This document shows, in pieces, positions 1 through 7,632 of a stretch of 64,000 nucleotides of DNA. Position numbers and translations under genes: made by a program. The notes below the pieces were generated by a model, which did no database searches, was not told the origin of the DNA, and worked only from the letters and a program-made list of their open reading frames with translations. Origin of the DNA: Chrysiogenia bacterium (lineage in GTDB: Bacteria; Acidobacteriota; Aminicenantia; UBA2199); assembly GCA_043826505.1 (NCBI GenBank), contig JBDRQC010000004.1:7521-71520 (forward strand). The letters run 5' to 3'. How positions within the stretch are numbered: position 1 is the first letter of the stretch; every line of letters begins with the position of its first letter.

Positions 1-131
1 ATTGCCTGGAGGTCGTCATTTTGAAGGGGCCGGGAAAGGAAATCCAGGAAGTGGCCGACCGCCTGCTTAGCGCCAAGGGGGTCAAGCACGGCAAACTGAT
101 CATGACCACCACCGGCAAACATCTGGACTGA
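1..131 (+). CDS. nikR: NikR-family nickel-responsive repressor, C-terminal end only (5' part outside window)
   Basis: The frame from nt 3 reads [42 protein letters not shown], then TGA at 129-131. This matches the conserved tail of the NikR C-terminal metal-binding domain. A NikR-box-like palindrome follows at 170-196. Confidence 0.7.
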   Translation, partial: CLEVVILKGPGKEIQEVADRLLSAKGVKHGKLIMTTTGKHLD

Positions 132-150
132 CTTTTTTTCAAGATACGAC

Positions 151-179
151 TTGACACACCCTCCTCCTTGTGTTACTTT
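151..179 (+). promoter_or_regulatory. Putative sigma70-type promoter of the TonB-receptor/ECF operon
   Basis: TTGACA (151-156), 17-nt spacer, TACTTT (174-179). It lies between the nikR stop and the receptor start, and the -10 element is overlapped by the 170-196 palindrome. Confidence 0.4.
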
Positions 180-196
180 TTTTTAATTGGTAACAC
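170..196. promoter_or_regulatory. NikR-box-like operator, GTGTTAC-N13-GTAACAC
   Basis: Perfect 7-bp inverted repeat (170-176 and 190-196) with a 13-nt T-rich spacer. It sits directly downstream of nikR and 17 nt upstream of the receptor ATG. Confidence 0.6.
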
Positions 197-212
197 CGTG
201 CCGGGAGGTTCC

Positions 213-2081
213 ATGCGCCTTCGATCCGATCTCATTCGCAGACTTGTCCTTGTCTTCCTGTTCTTGTCGTCCGGAGTCGGGTTGCTGTCCACTGACGCGG
301 CCGCCTGTTCTCAAAAAAAAGACAGCGATGAAAAAGAGAAGAAATACCTTTTCCGCGAGCAAATCGTGGTCACGGCCGTCATGTCGGCCAAGGAACTGAA
401 GAACTGCAGCGATTCACTTCAGATCGTCGACCGTCCTGCCTTGAAGTTCCTGACAGCAAGCAACGCTCTGGCGGCGCTGGGCGGCTGCCCAGGCCTCTTC
501 GTGCTGCGCAGCGGCGATTTTGGCCGCTCCGATCTCGATATCCGCGGCATCGGCCAGAACGGAAGGCGCATCGCCGTGCTGGTCAACGGCAGGCCGGAAA
601 AGATGGGCCTGTACGGCTGCGCCGTGACCCATGCTTTTCCCCTGGACAATGTGGCGCGCATCGAAGTGATCAAAGGACCGGCCTCGGTGCTGTACGGCGG
701 CGAAGCCATGGGCGGAGCGGTGAACATCATCACGCGCCGTCCCGAAAAAAGATCGGAAAGCCAGGCATCCCTGTTTTATGGCAGCTTCCGCACCAGCCAG
801 CTCAACCTGCTGCAAGGCGGAAAAAATGGCCGTCTGCAGTACCTCTTTACCTACGACAAGCGCCGGAGCGACGGCCACTTGCCCAATTCCCTGTACTCGG
901 GCGACGCTTTGACCGGCCGCCTGGACTGGCAACTGGCTCCTGACCTGGAACTGAGCCTTCAGGGGAAATACTTCGCCGGCAGGAAACACGAGCCCGGGAC
1001 CGTGGAGAAGCCGCTGGAGAACTTCTGGAACGACTACCGCCGCGGCGCCCTGGACCTTGCTCTGAGCAGCAACAAGGATAATGACGAATGGTCCCTGCGT
1101 CTCTACCGCAATTTCGGCAACCACCAGTTCTCAGACGGCTGGGATTCGACCGATTTTACCAACGGCGTTGTGGCCCGCTGGACCACGCGGCGCATCCGCA
1201 ATAACGTCCTTCTGGCCGGAGGAGACTGCCGCGATTTCGGCGGCAGCAGTTTCAACCAGCCCAAGGGAGAATGGCGCAAAAGCGAGGGATCTTTTTTTGT
1301 CCATGATGACTGGCTGCCAAGCGCCGCCCTGGTTTTCAGCGGCGGTCTGCGCCTGCAGTTTGACTCCCTGTACGGCCGGGAATTATGTCCGCAAGCCGGC
1401 CTGGTCTGGCACTTCACCACGGCGGCATCACTGCGCTTTCAGGTCAGCAAGGGCTTCCGCTCACCCCAATTGAATGAATTGTTCATGTTCCCTGCCGCCA
1501 ATGCTGAACTGCAGCCCGAGCGCATATGGAATTATGAAGCGGGCCTCGAATGGCAACTGGCGGCAAACTGGTCCATGCAAGCCAGCGTTTTCAGGATGCG
1601 CGGCAGCAACCTGATCGAAATGCGTCCCAACCCGAATCCCGGGTTCCGCTATATCTTTCTCAACACCGGCAGCTTCGACTTCAACGGCATCGAGGTCGGT
1701 CTGCGTGCCAATCCCGTCGATCCCCTGGAAGTCGAGCTCAGCCATGCTTACCTGCGCTCCGGCGCCTTTAGCCGCGGCCGGCCCGGCCACAAATGGGATG
1801 GTCTGATCCGTCTGCAATCACGTTTTTTTTCCATGCAGCTGCAGGGGCAGCAAATCAACAACTATTTCGCGGCCGACAATGCCCAGAGCCCCCTGCCTTC
1901 TTACTTTCTGCTCAACAGCCGCCTGATCGGTAAATTCATCCGCCACGTCGAAGTGATCATCGACATCAACAATATTCTGGACCAGGACTACGTCATATTC
2001 GGCGAATTCCCAGGCATAGCGGCCGGAACCTTCGCCATGCCGGGCCGCAACATCTCCGTTGGGCTTCGCTGGCAGAAATGA
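213..2081 (+). CDS. TonB-dependent outer-membrane receptor
   Basis: Start ATG 213 lies behind GGGAGG (203-208). The N-terminus is signal-like (MRLRSDLIRRLVLVFLFLSSGVGLLS). Plug motifs DIRGIGQNGRRIAVLVNGRP and IEVIKGPASVLYGGEAMGGAVNIITRRP are followed by a long beta-strand-patterned barrel. Confidence 0.9.
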   Translation: MRLRSDLIRRLVLVFLFLSSGVGLLSTDAAACSQKKDSDEKEKKYLFREQIVVTAVMSAKELKNCSDSLQIVDRPALKFLTASNALAALGGCPGLFVLRSGDFGRSDLDIRGIGQNGRRIAVLVNGRPEKMGLYGCAVTHAFPLDNVARIEVIKGPASVLYGGEAMGGAVNIITRRPEKRSESQASLFYGSFRTSQLNLLQGGKNGRLQYLFTYDKRRSDGHLPNSLYSGDALTGRLDWQLAPDLELSLQGKYFAGRKHEPGTVEKPLENFWNDYRRGALDLALSSNKDNDEWSLRLYRNFGNHQFSDGWDSTDFTNGVVARWTTRRIRNNVLLAGGDCRDFGGSSFNQPKGEWRKSEGSFFVHDDWLPSAALVFSGGLRLQFDSLYGRELCPQAGLVWHFTTAASLRFQVSKGFRSPQLNELFMFPAANAELQPERIWNYEAGLEWQLAANWSMQASVFRMRGSNLIEMRPNPNPGFRYIFLNTGSFDFNGIEVGLRANPVDPLEVELSHAYLRSGAFSRGRPGHKWDGLIRLQSRFFSMQLQGQQINNYFAADNAQSPLPSYFLLNSRLIGKFIRHVEVIIDINNILDQDYVIFGEFPGIAAGTFAMPGRNISVGLRWQK

Positions 2082-2602
2082 AGCACCCCAGCTTCGACTA
2101 CGTGCTGGCCGGCCTGTTCCTGGCCGCGGCCCTTGTCCTGCCGCTATTTTTTCATGCGCTTGGGCTGGGCAGCGCCTTAATGCCCATGTTCTTCCCCCTG
2201 GTTCTGGCCGGATTCCTGGTCGCGCCGCCGCTGGCCATGATCACCGGCGTCGCGGCCCCGCTGGTTTCGGCGCTGCTTACCGGCATGCCACCCTTCTACC
2301 CGCCCATCGCCTTGATCATGATGGCCGAAGGTCTTTTTTTCACTGCTTTGCCGCGAGGGCTTCAGAAACTGCTCCGGCTGCCGGTATGGCTGACGCTGTT
2401 GGCCATTCTCTTATTGGATCGGTTACTGCTGTTTTTACTGATCCGCGTCATGGCCGAATTCATGCAGCTGCCGCCGCGCCTGCTGGGATGGGCGGCGGTC
2501 CTGCATGGGCTGCCGGGATTAGCCCTGATGATGGCGGTCCTGCCCTGGCTCATACCGCGGCTGCAGGAAAGAAAAGCGCGGATCGAGAGGCGCCATGCCT
2601 AA
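2078..2602 (+). CDS. Polytopic membrane protein, putative ECF-transporter substrate-capture (S) component (not CbiM/NikM type)
   Basis: 174 aa with several TM helices and Pro/Gly-rich TM motifs (MPMFFPLVLAGFLV, PLVSALLTGMPPFYP). Its ATG overlaps the receptor stop (ATGA, 2078-2081). It is in an operon with EcfT/EcfA and lacks the MHIxEG N-terminus of CbiM/NikM. Confidence 0.55.
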   Translation: MKHPSFDYVLAGLFLAAALVLPLFFHALGLGSALMPMFFPLVLAGFLVAPPLAMITGVAAPLVSALLTGMPPFYPPIALIMMAEGLFFTALPRGLQKLLRLPVWLTLLAILLLDRLLLFLLIRVMAEFMQLPPRLLGWAAVLHGLPGLALMMAVLPWLIPRLQERKARIERRHA

Positions 2603-3188
2603 GCGTGTTTTTTTCTCGGATCTTTCCAGTTCATGGGACGAACAACATGCCGGCAGGGAAGAAATGGAGCGTCTGCTCTCTTTCTCCGGGCATTTCCGTC
2701 TGCAACCGGGAGATCGCATCCTGGACGCCGGCTGCGGCAGCGGCCGCCTCATCCCCGTGGTCTGCGACCAGATCGGCCCGGTCGGCAGCCTGGTGGAGCT
2801 GGACTTCGCAGCCGCCATGCTCGAGATTGCCAAGGGCAAAACCAACTGCGGCAACGTTACCTTCGTACTGAGCGACGCCCAATCCCTGCCGTTCCCCGAC
2901 AAGGATTTCGACAAGGTCATCGCCCTGGCTCTGCTTCCCCACCTCGACGACAAAGCTGGAACTTTAAGTGAATTCCACCGGGTTCTGAAACCGGGAGGGC
3001 TGCTGATCATCGCCCACCAGATGGGGCGGGAGGCCCTCAACCACTTCCACGGCCAAAGCGGCAAAGCGGTCAACCGCGATCTGCTGCCGGAGAACCATTT
3101 ACTGACAGGCCTTTTGACAACGGCCGGCTTTTCAGCCATCGAGATCCTGGATAAGCCCGACCAGTATGTGGCCTGGGGGCAAGCCTGA
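2595..3188 (+). CDS. Class I SAM-dependent methyltransferase
   Basis: Motif I RILDAGCGSGRL is followed by DKVIALALLPHL and LKPGGLLII. SD GAGAGG lies at 2585-2590, and there is an 8-nt overlap with the upstream gene. Confidence 0.85.
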   Translation: MPKRVFFSDLSSSWDEQHAGREEMERLLSFSGHFRLQPGDRILDAGCGSGRLIPVVCDQIGPVGSLVELDFAAAMLEIAKGKTNCGNVTFVLSDAQSLPFPDKDFDKVIALALLPHLDDKAGTLSEFHRVLKPGGLLIIAHQMGREALNHFHGQSGKAVNRDLLPENHLLTGLLTTAGFSAIEILDKPDQYVAWGQA

Positions 3189-3191
3189 GCC

Positions 3192-3893
3192 ATGCCTGTT
3201 GACTTTCTTTCCGGACTGGACCCGCGCAGCAAACTGGTTGCCTTCCTTACCGTACAGGCCCTGCTGTTCATCCCGGCCCTTCAGCGGACACCGCTCGAAC
3301 GTCTGCTCGCGGTTGCCGCTCCGCTTTTGCTTCTGCTGCCGGTCGCCGGCAGATCATGGCGCCTCTGGCTGCGCACCATGTTACTGGTTGCTCCTTTTCT
3401 CGCCTTCCTGGCTTTCAGCGCTTACTTTCAACCTGCCGCCAACCGACCTGAACTGCAGCGGATCGTTCTGCCTATCCTTGGCAAGTCCATCCTGATATTC
3501 CTGGCCCTGGCCCTGTTCATTCTCAACGAAAAGCCCTGGCGCCTGCTGCAAGCTCTGCGCCAGATAGGGATGCCCCGAACCGCTGTCGTTATATTGGCCA
3601 TCGGCTACCGTTTTGCCTGCCAATGGCAACTGGAACTGGAAGGATTGCGGCGTGCCTGGTCATCCCGCAACTTCAGCACCATGTCAAAAATAGGCAAGGT
3701 CAGGCATATGGGCGGTGCGCTGCCCCTGTTTTTCGACAGACTGCTGGAGGGGGGAGTGCATATCCATGACGCCATGGTCAGCCGCGGCTTCCACGGCTCG
3801 CTGCCGGCCTGGCAGTGCCTGGTTTTTACCCGTCGGGACGCAGCCTTTCTGGCGCTCGCGGCCTTAACCGCGACGGCCATTGCCCTGCTGTGA
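3192..3893 (+). CDS. ecfT: ECF transporter transmembrane (T) component, CbiQ/EcfT family
   Basis: 233 aa and multi-TM. The region AIGYRFACQWQLELEGLRRAWSSRNF is typical of the CbiQ/EcfT coupling helices. It sits directly before the ATPase gene. Confidence 0.8.
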   Translation: MPVDFLSGLDPRSKLVAFLTVQALLFIPALQRTPLERLLAVAAPLLLLLPVAGRSWRLWLRTMLLVAPFLAFLAFSAYFQPAANRPELQRIVLPILGKSILIFLALALFILNEKPWRLLQALRQIGMPRTAVVILAIGYRFACQWQLELEGLRRAWSSRNFSTMSKIGKVRHMGGALPLFFDRLLEGGVHIHDAMVSRGFHGSLPAWQCLVFTRRDAAFLALAALTATAIALL

Positions 3894-4648
3894 TGACAAG
3901 CCCGGTCGTCGAGATACGCGACCTGAATTTCTCCTACGACTCCGGGAAGCCGGCCCTGAGCGGCGTTAACCTGACCGTCGGCCGCGGCGAATGCATCGGT
4001 CTGATCGGCCCTAATGGCGCCGGCAAATCCACGCTGCTGCTGCATTTGAACGGCATCCTGCGCGGCCAGGGTGATGTCCAAGTTCTTGGAATGCCGCTGC
4101 AAAAGAAAAACCTGAAAGAGATCCGCGCCCGTGTCGGCCTTGTATTCCAGGATCCCAGGCAGCAGCTTTTCCTGCCCAGCATCGAGGAAGACATCGCTTT
4201 CGGGCCGCTCAACGCCGGTTTTCCGCCCGCGGAGGTACGTGAGCGGGTGGAGCGGATCATGGAACTTTTTGGTCTGCAAGATATCGGCAATTCTTCTCCC
4301 CACCACCTGAGCCCGGGCGAACAGAAAAAAGCGGCCCTGGCTGCAGTAATGGTGATGGACCCGGAACTGCTGGCCTTCGATGAGCCATCCTCGGGCCTCG
4401 ATCCCGCCAGCCGACGCGATTTCATAGAACTGGTCAGTACCCTGCCGCAGACAAAAGTCATCGCCAGCCACGACATGGATCTGGCCTACGAACTGTGCAG
4501 CCGGGTGTTGGTCATGGACCACGGCCGCATTTTTGCCGACGGGCCACGCGACGCCATACTTGGCGATGTGACCCTGTTGGAAGCCCACCGTCTGGAGCCG
4601 CCGCTGAGCATGCTCTTAGATCAAGCGCTCGCGTCCCAGGCGAAATGA
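3893..4648 (+). CDS. ecfA: ECF transporter ATPase (CbiO/EcfA family)
   Basis: Start ATG 3893 overlaps the ecfT stop (TGATG). Walker A is GPNGAGKST, the signature is LSPGEQKKAAL, Walker B is LLAFDEPSSGLD, and the H-loop is SHDM. Confidence 0.9.
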   Translation: MTSPVVEIRDLNFSYDSGKPALSGVNLTVGRGECIGLIGPNGAGKSTLLLHLNGILRGQGDVQVLGMPLQKKNLKEIRARVGLVFQDPRQQLFLPSIEEDIAFGPLNAGFPPAEVRERVERIMELFGLQDIGNSSPHHLSPGEQKKAALAAVMVMDPELLAFDEPSSGLDPASRRDFIELVSTLPQTKVIASHDMDLAYELCSRVLVMDHGRIFADGPRDAILGDVTLLEAHRLEPPLSMLLDQALASQAK

Positions 4649-4661
4649 ACAGAACTTGGTT

Positions 4662-4756
4662 CACGGTGCACGGTTGACGGTTTACGGTGAAGGCAAAGGG
4701 CCGAACTAGTTTATTACTTTTTGCTGTTGCCGTCAGCCGTCTTCCGTACGCCGAGT
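4662..4756. repeat. Two inverted arrays of 7-nt tandem repeats (NACGGTK x4 and KCCGTNN x3-4) able to form a long imperfect hairpin
   Basis: The left array is CACGGTG CACGGTT GACGGTT TACGGTG (4662-4689). The right array is GCCGTCA GCCGTCT TCCGTAC GCCGAGT (4729-4756). The period is exactly 7 in both, the cores are reverse complements, and a 39-nt AT-rich spacer separates them. Confidence 0.8.
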
Positions 4757-4877
4757 TCAATGGTCACTTGCTTTTTTGAAGAAAATCCAGTATCCTTGCC
4801 CCTTGCTTGCCAACGACAGGGTTGAACCAGCAGGTTCCCTTGCATATAGATATCACAAACAGGAGGATCGAAGAACA

Positions 4878-6539
4878 ATGAAAACAATCATCTGGATAAC
4901 CATGATCGTGCTGGTTCTGGCTTTCGCGCCAACCGGCCATGCCTGCACCAATTACCTGATCAGCAAGGGAGCTTCAACCGACGGCTCGACCATGATCACC
5001 TACTCGGCCGATTCGCACTCCCTTTACGGCGATCTGAACTTCATCCCGGCCGGAGTGCACATCGAGGGCACATGGATCGATGTTCACGACGGTGATTCCG
5101 GAAAATACCTGGGCAAGATCCGCCAGGTTCGGCGCACCTATTCGGTGGTCGGCTACATAAACGAGTTCCAGGTCGCCCTTGGCGAGACCACTTTCGGCGG
5201 TCGCGAGGAACTCATGGACCCGAAAGCGGTAGTCGACTACGGCAGCCTGATGAACCTGGCCCTGCAGCGCGGCCGCACCGCGCGCGAGGCCCTGCAGGTC
5301 ATGACCTCCCTCGTGGAAGAATACGGCTACGCTTCGAGCGGCGAATCCTTCTCCATCTCCGACCCCAATGAAGTGTGGATCCTGGAGATGATCTCCAAGG
5401 GGCCGGAACGCAAGGGCGCCGTCTGGGTGGCGCGACTGGTCCCAGACGGTTATGTCTGCGGCCACGCCAACCAGGCCCGCATCCACCAGTTCCCGCTGCA
5501 GAAGGGCAATAACTTTTCTGACAAGAAACAGACGACCTTCCATTCCGCCGACGTCATTTCATTCGCCCGCGAGAAAGACTACTTCAAGGGCAAAGACAGC
5601 GACTTCAGCTTCGCTGCAGCCTACTGCCCCCCCGACTTCGGCGGCCGGCGCTTCTGCGACGCCCGCGTCTGGCAGTTCTTCAGCCGCATCACACCAGACT
5701 CCAAGCAGATGGAAGCCCACCTGGACTGGGCCCTGGGCATGAAGCCGGCCAAGCCCATGCCGCTGTTCATCAAGCCCGATAAAAAATTGTCGGTGCGCGA
5801 TGTCATGGAACTGATGCGCGACCACTTCGAGGGCAGCCCGATGGACATGACCAAGGATATCGGCGCCGGCCCCTTCGTCCTGCCCTATCGCTGGCGGCCC
5901 ATGACCTGGAAAGTGGATAAAGAAGCCAAGGAAAGCTACTTTTTCGAACGCGCCGTTTCCACCCAGCAGACCGCTTATTCCTTCGTCACCCAGTCGCGCT
6001 CCTGGCTGCCCAATCCCATCGGCGGCATATACTGGGTCGGCATGGATGACACCTTCAGCACGGTCTACACTCCCATGTACTGCGGCATCCGCCAGGTCCC
6101 GGCCAGTTTCGCCAAGGGCACCGGCACTTTCAGCCAGTTCAGTTGGGATTCAGCCTTCTGGGTGTTCAACTTTGTGGCCAATTACGCCTATTCCCGCTAT
6201 TGCGACATGATCCAGGACATCCAGCCCGTGCAGCGCGAACTGGAAGGAAAATTCTTCGCCGTGCAGCCCGAGCTCGAGGCCGCGGCCGTTGACCTTTTCA
6301 AACGCTCACCCGAACTGGCCCGCGACCACCTGACCGCCTACAGCGTCAGCGAGGGCGAGGCCGTGGTGAAGCGCTGGAAGAAACTGGGCGAATTCCTGAT
6401 CTGGAAATACCTGGACGGCAATGTGCGCGACAGCCAGGGCAATGTCACCCACCCGCGCTATCCCAAAGAATGGTACCAGCGCATCATCACCGAGACAGGC
6501 GACCGCTTCCTGGTGCCGAAAACGGAAAAGAAAGAATAA
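4878..6539 (+). CDS. Exported peptidase family C69 dipeptidase (N-terminal Cys nucleophile)
   Basis: SD AGGAGGA (4861-4867) precedes ATG 4878. Signal peptide MKTIIWITMIVLVLAFAPTGHA is followed immediately by CTNYLISKGASTDGSTMITYSADS, the C69 arrangement. Confidence 0.85.
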   Translation: MKTIIWITMIVLVLAFAPTGHACTNYLISKGASTDGSTMITYSADSHSLYGDLNFIPAGVHIEGTWIDVHDGDSGKYLGKIRQVRRTYSVVGYINEFQVALGETTFGGREELMDPKAVVDYGSLMNLALQRGRTAREALQVMTSLVEEYGYASSGESFSISDPNEVWILEMISKGPERKGAVWVARLVPDGYVCGHANQARIHQFPLQKGNNFSDKKQTTFHSADVISFAREKDYFKGKDSDFSFAAAYCPPDFGGRRFCDARVWQFFSRITPDSKQMEAHLDWALGMKPAKPMPLFIKPDKKLSVRDVMELMRDHFEGSPMDMTKDIGAGPFVLPYRWRPMTWKVDKEAKESYFFERAVSTQQTAYSFVTQSRSWLPNPIGGIYWVGMDDTFSTVYTPMYCGIRQVPASFAKGTGTFSQFSWDSAFWVFNFVANYAYSRYCDMIQDIQPVQRELEGKFFAVQPELEAAAVDLFKRSPELARDHLTAYSVSEGEAVVKRWKKLGEFLIWKYLDGNVRDSQGNVTHPRYPKEWYQRIITETGDRFLVPKTEKKE

Positions 6540-6548
6540 TCCGGACTT

Positions 6549-7469
6549 TTACGCCCTTTTCCAGGCTGGCATGACGAATTGTCCGCGGCCATGGGCCAGC
6601 TTCAGCAGATAAATGCCCAAGACCAGGTTCAGCAAAACCGCGAACACAGAAGCCTCAATACCGAATCCACCGCCGCTGAGCCAGACCGGCCCGCTGATTT
6701 TTGCAGTGATCCAGCTCTTGAACACAACACCAGAATTAGCCATGCCGAATACGCCGGCCTGGAAAAAGTTCCAACCGGCGTGAATCCCCCAAACCAGCCA
6801 GATGCGGCGCGTCAGAACAAAGGCCCCGGAAAGCAGGATGTCCGATAAGGCCAGGGCCAGAGAGGTCCAAAGTGTGGCATTGGGATTGCCGATATGTGCA
6901 AGGGCAAAAAAGGCGGCAACAACCGCTACCGCAGCCCAGGTACCCAGCCATTCCTCAAGCAGTTTAAAAACAATAAGGCGGAAGAGCAATTCCTGGATGA
7001 ATGCCCCGGTGCCAAAAATGACTGCACTGCTCAACAAAATCGTCCAGGAATTGAACCGTTCTACCTGATATGCTCCATTGGCGGCCAGCAGCAGTACCAT
7101 GAACGCCACCAGGAACAGTGCAAGCACAATTCCTCCGCCGAATTCACTTCCTCCTTTGGCTAGGGAAAGCTCATGGGCATCCCGTTGTTCGATCAAGCGC
7201 GCATAAAACCGGAAGATTAGAAAAATAATCACGACCATCAAGCACAACTCGCCGGTCACGATCCACGAACCCAACGGCTTTTTGATTTTTAGCAAAAAGT
7301 GATCCAACAGCAGGTTGTGCAGCAAGATAACCGGGGCAATAAAGAGCAGCGTCCAAATGATGCGCACCACAGGAAACAGGGCCATTTTTCCCAGCCGGCC
7401 GGCGGCTTTGACGCGGGGCAAAAGCATGGCACTTGTGATCTTCGAAAATCCTAACAAAATCTTTTTCAT
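6549..7469 (-). CDS. CPBP (CAAX/Abi) family intramembrane glutamic endopeptidase
   Basis: Multi-TM protein with the signature motifs EELLFR, FALAHIGN and HAGWNF. SD GGAG lies upstream of ATG 7469. Confidence 0.85.
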   Translation of the reverse strand: MKKILLGFSKITSAMLLPRVKAAGRLGKMALFPVVRIIWTLLFIAPVILLHNLLLDHFLLKIKKPLGSWIVTGELCLMVVIIFLIFRFYARLIEQRDAHELSLAKGGSEFGGGIVLALFLVAFMVLLLAANGAYQVERFNSWTILLSSAVIFGTGAFIQELLFRLIVFKLLEEWLGTWAAVAVVAAFFALAHIGNPNATLWTSLALALSDILLSGAFVLTRRIWLVWGIHAGWNFFQAGVFGMANSGVVFKSWITAKISGPVWLSGGGFGIEASVFAVLLNLVLGIYLLKLAHGRGQFVMPAWKRA

Positions 7470-7558
7470 TTTTTCTCCTATGGGGAAAAATCAGTTTGCT
7501 TCCCTATTTTCCCCACTCCATCCTACGCAGACCGGGGGCGCTTGGCCATGATATAAGT

Positions 7559-7587
7559 GTACCCTTTTAAAAAAAAGTACCCTTTTA
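7559..7587. promoter_or_regulatory. Direct repeat GTACCCTTTTA x2 (18-nt period) in a divergent promoter region
   Basis: Identical 11-mers at 7559-7569 and 7577-7587, about 45 nt upstream of the 7TM-LuxR gene start. This is a candidate regulator binding site. Confidence 0.35.
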
Positions 7588-7632
7588 CCAGCGCTACTTT
7601 ACTTTCAGGATGCGGATTGTTATAAGTTGGCA

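Noticed and set aside
132-212. Cobalamin riboswitch upstream of the BtuB-sized TonB receptor
   Set aside because: The whole intergenic region is only about 80 nt, too short for a cobalamin riboswitch. It is occupied by a promoter plus the NikR-box-like palindrome.
414-1124. Long antisense or alternative-frame ORFs throughout the window. Examples: 414-1124(-), 2059-2871(+), 3605-4588(-), 10965-11879(+), 12335-13195(-), 22805-23593(+), 43641-44390(-), 46564-47301(-), 53434-54216(+), 60663-61586(-).
   Set aside because: Each lies fully within a gene on the other strand or frame that has clear family motifs. Their translations are Ala/Arg/Gly/Pro/Val-rich and lack motifs, as expected for shadow ORFs in GC-rich coding DNA.
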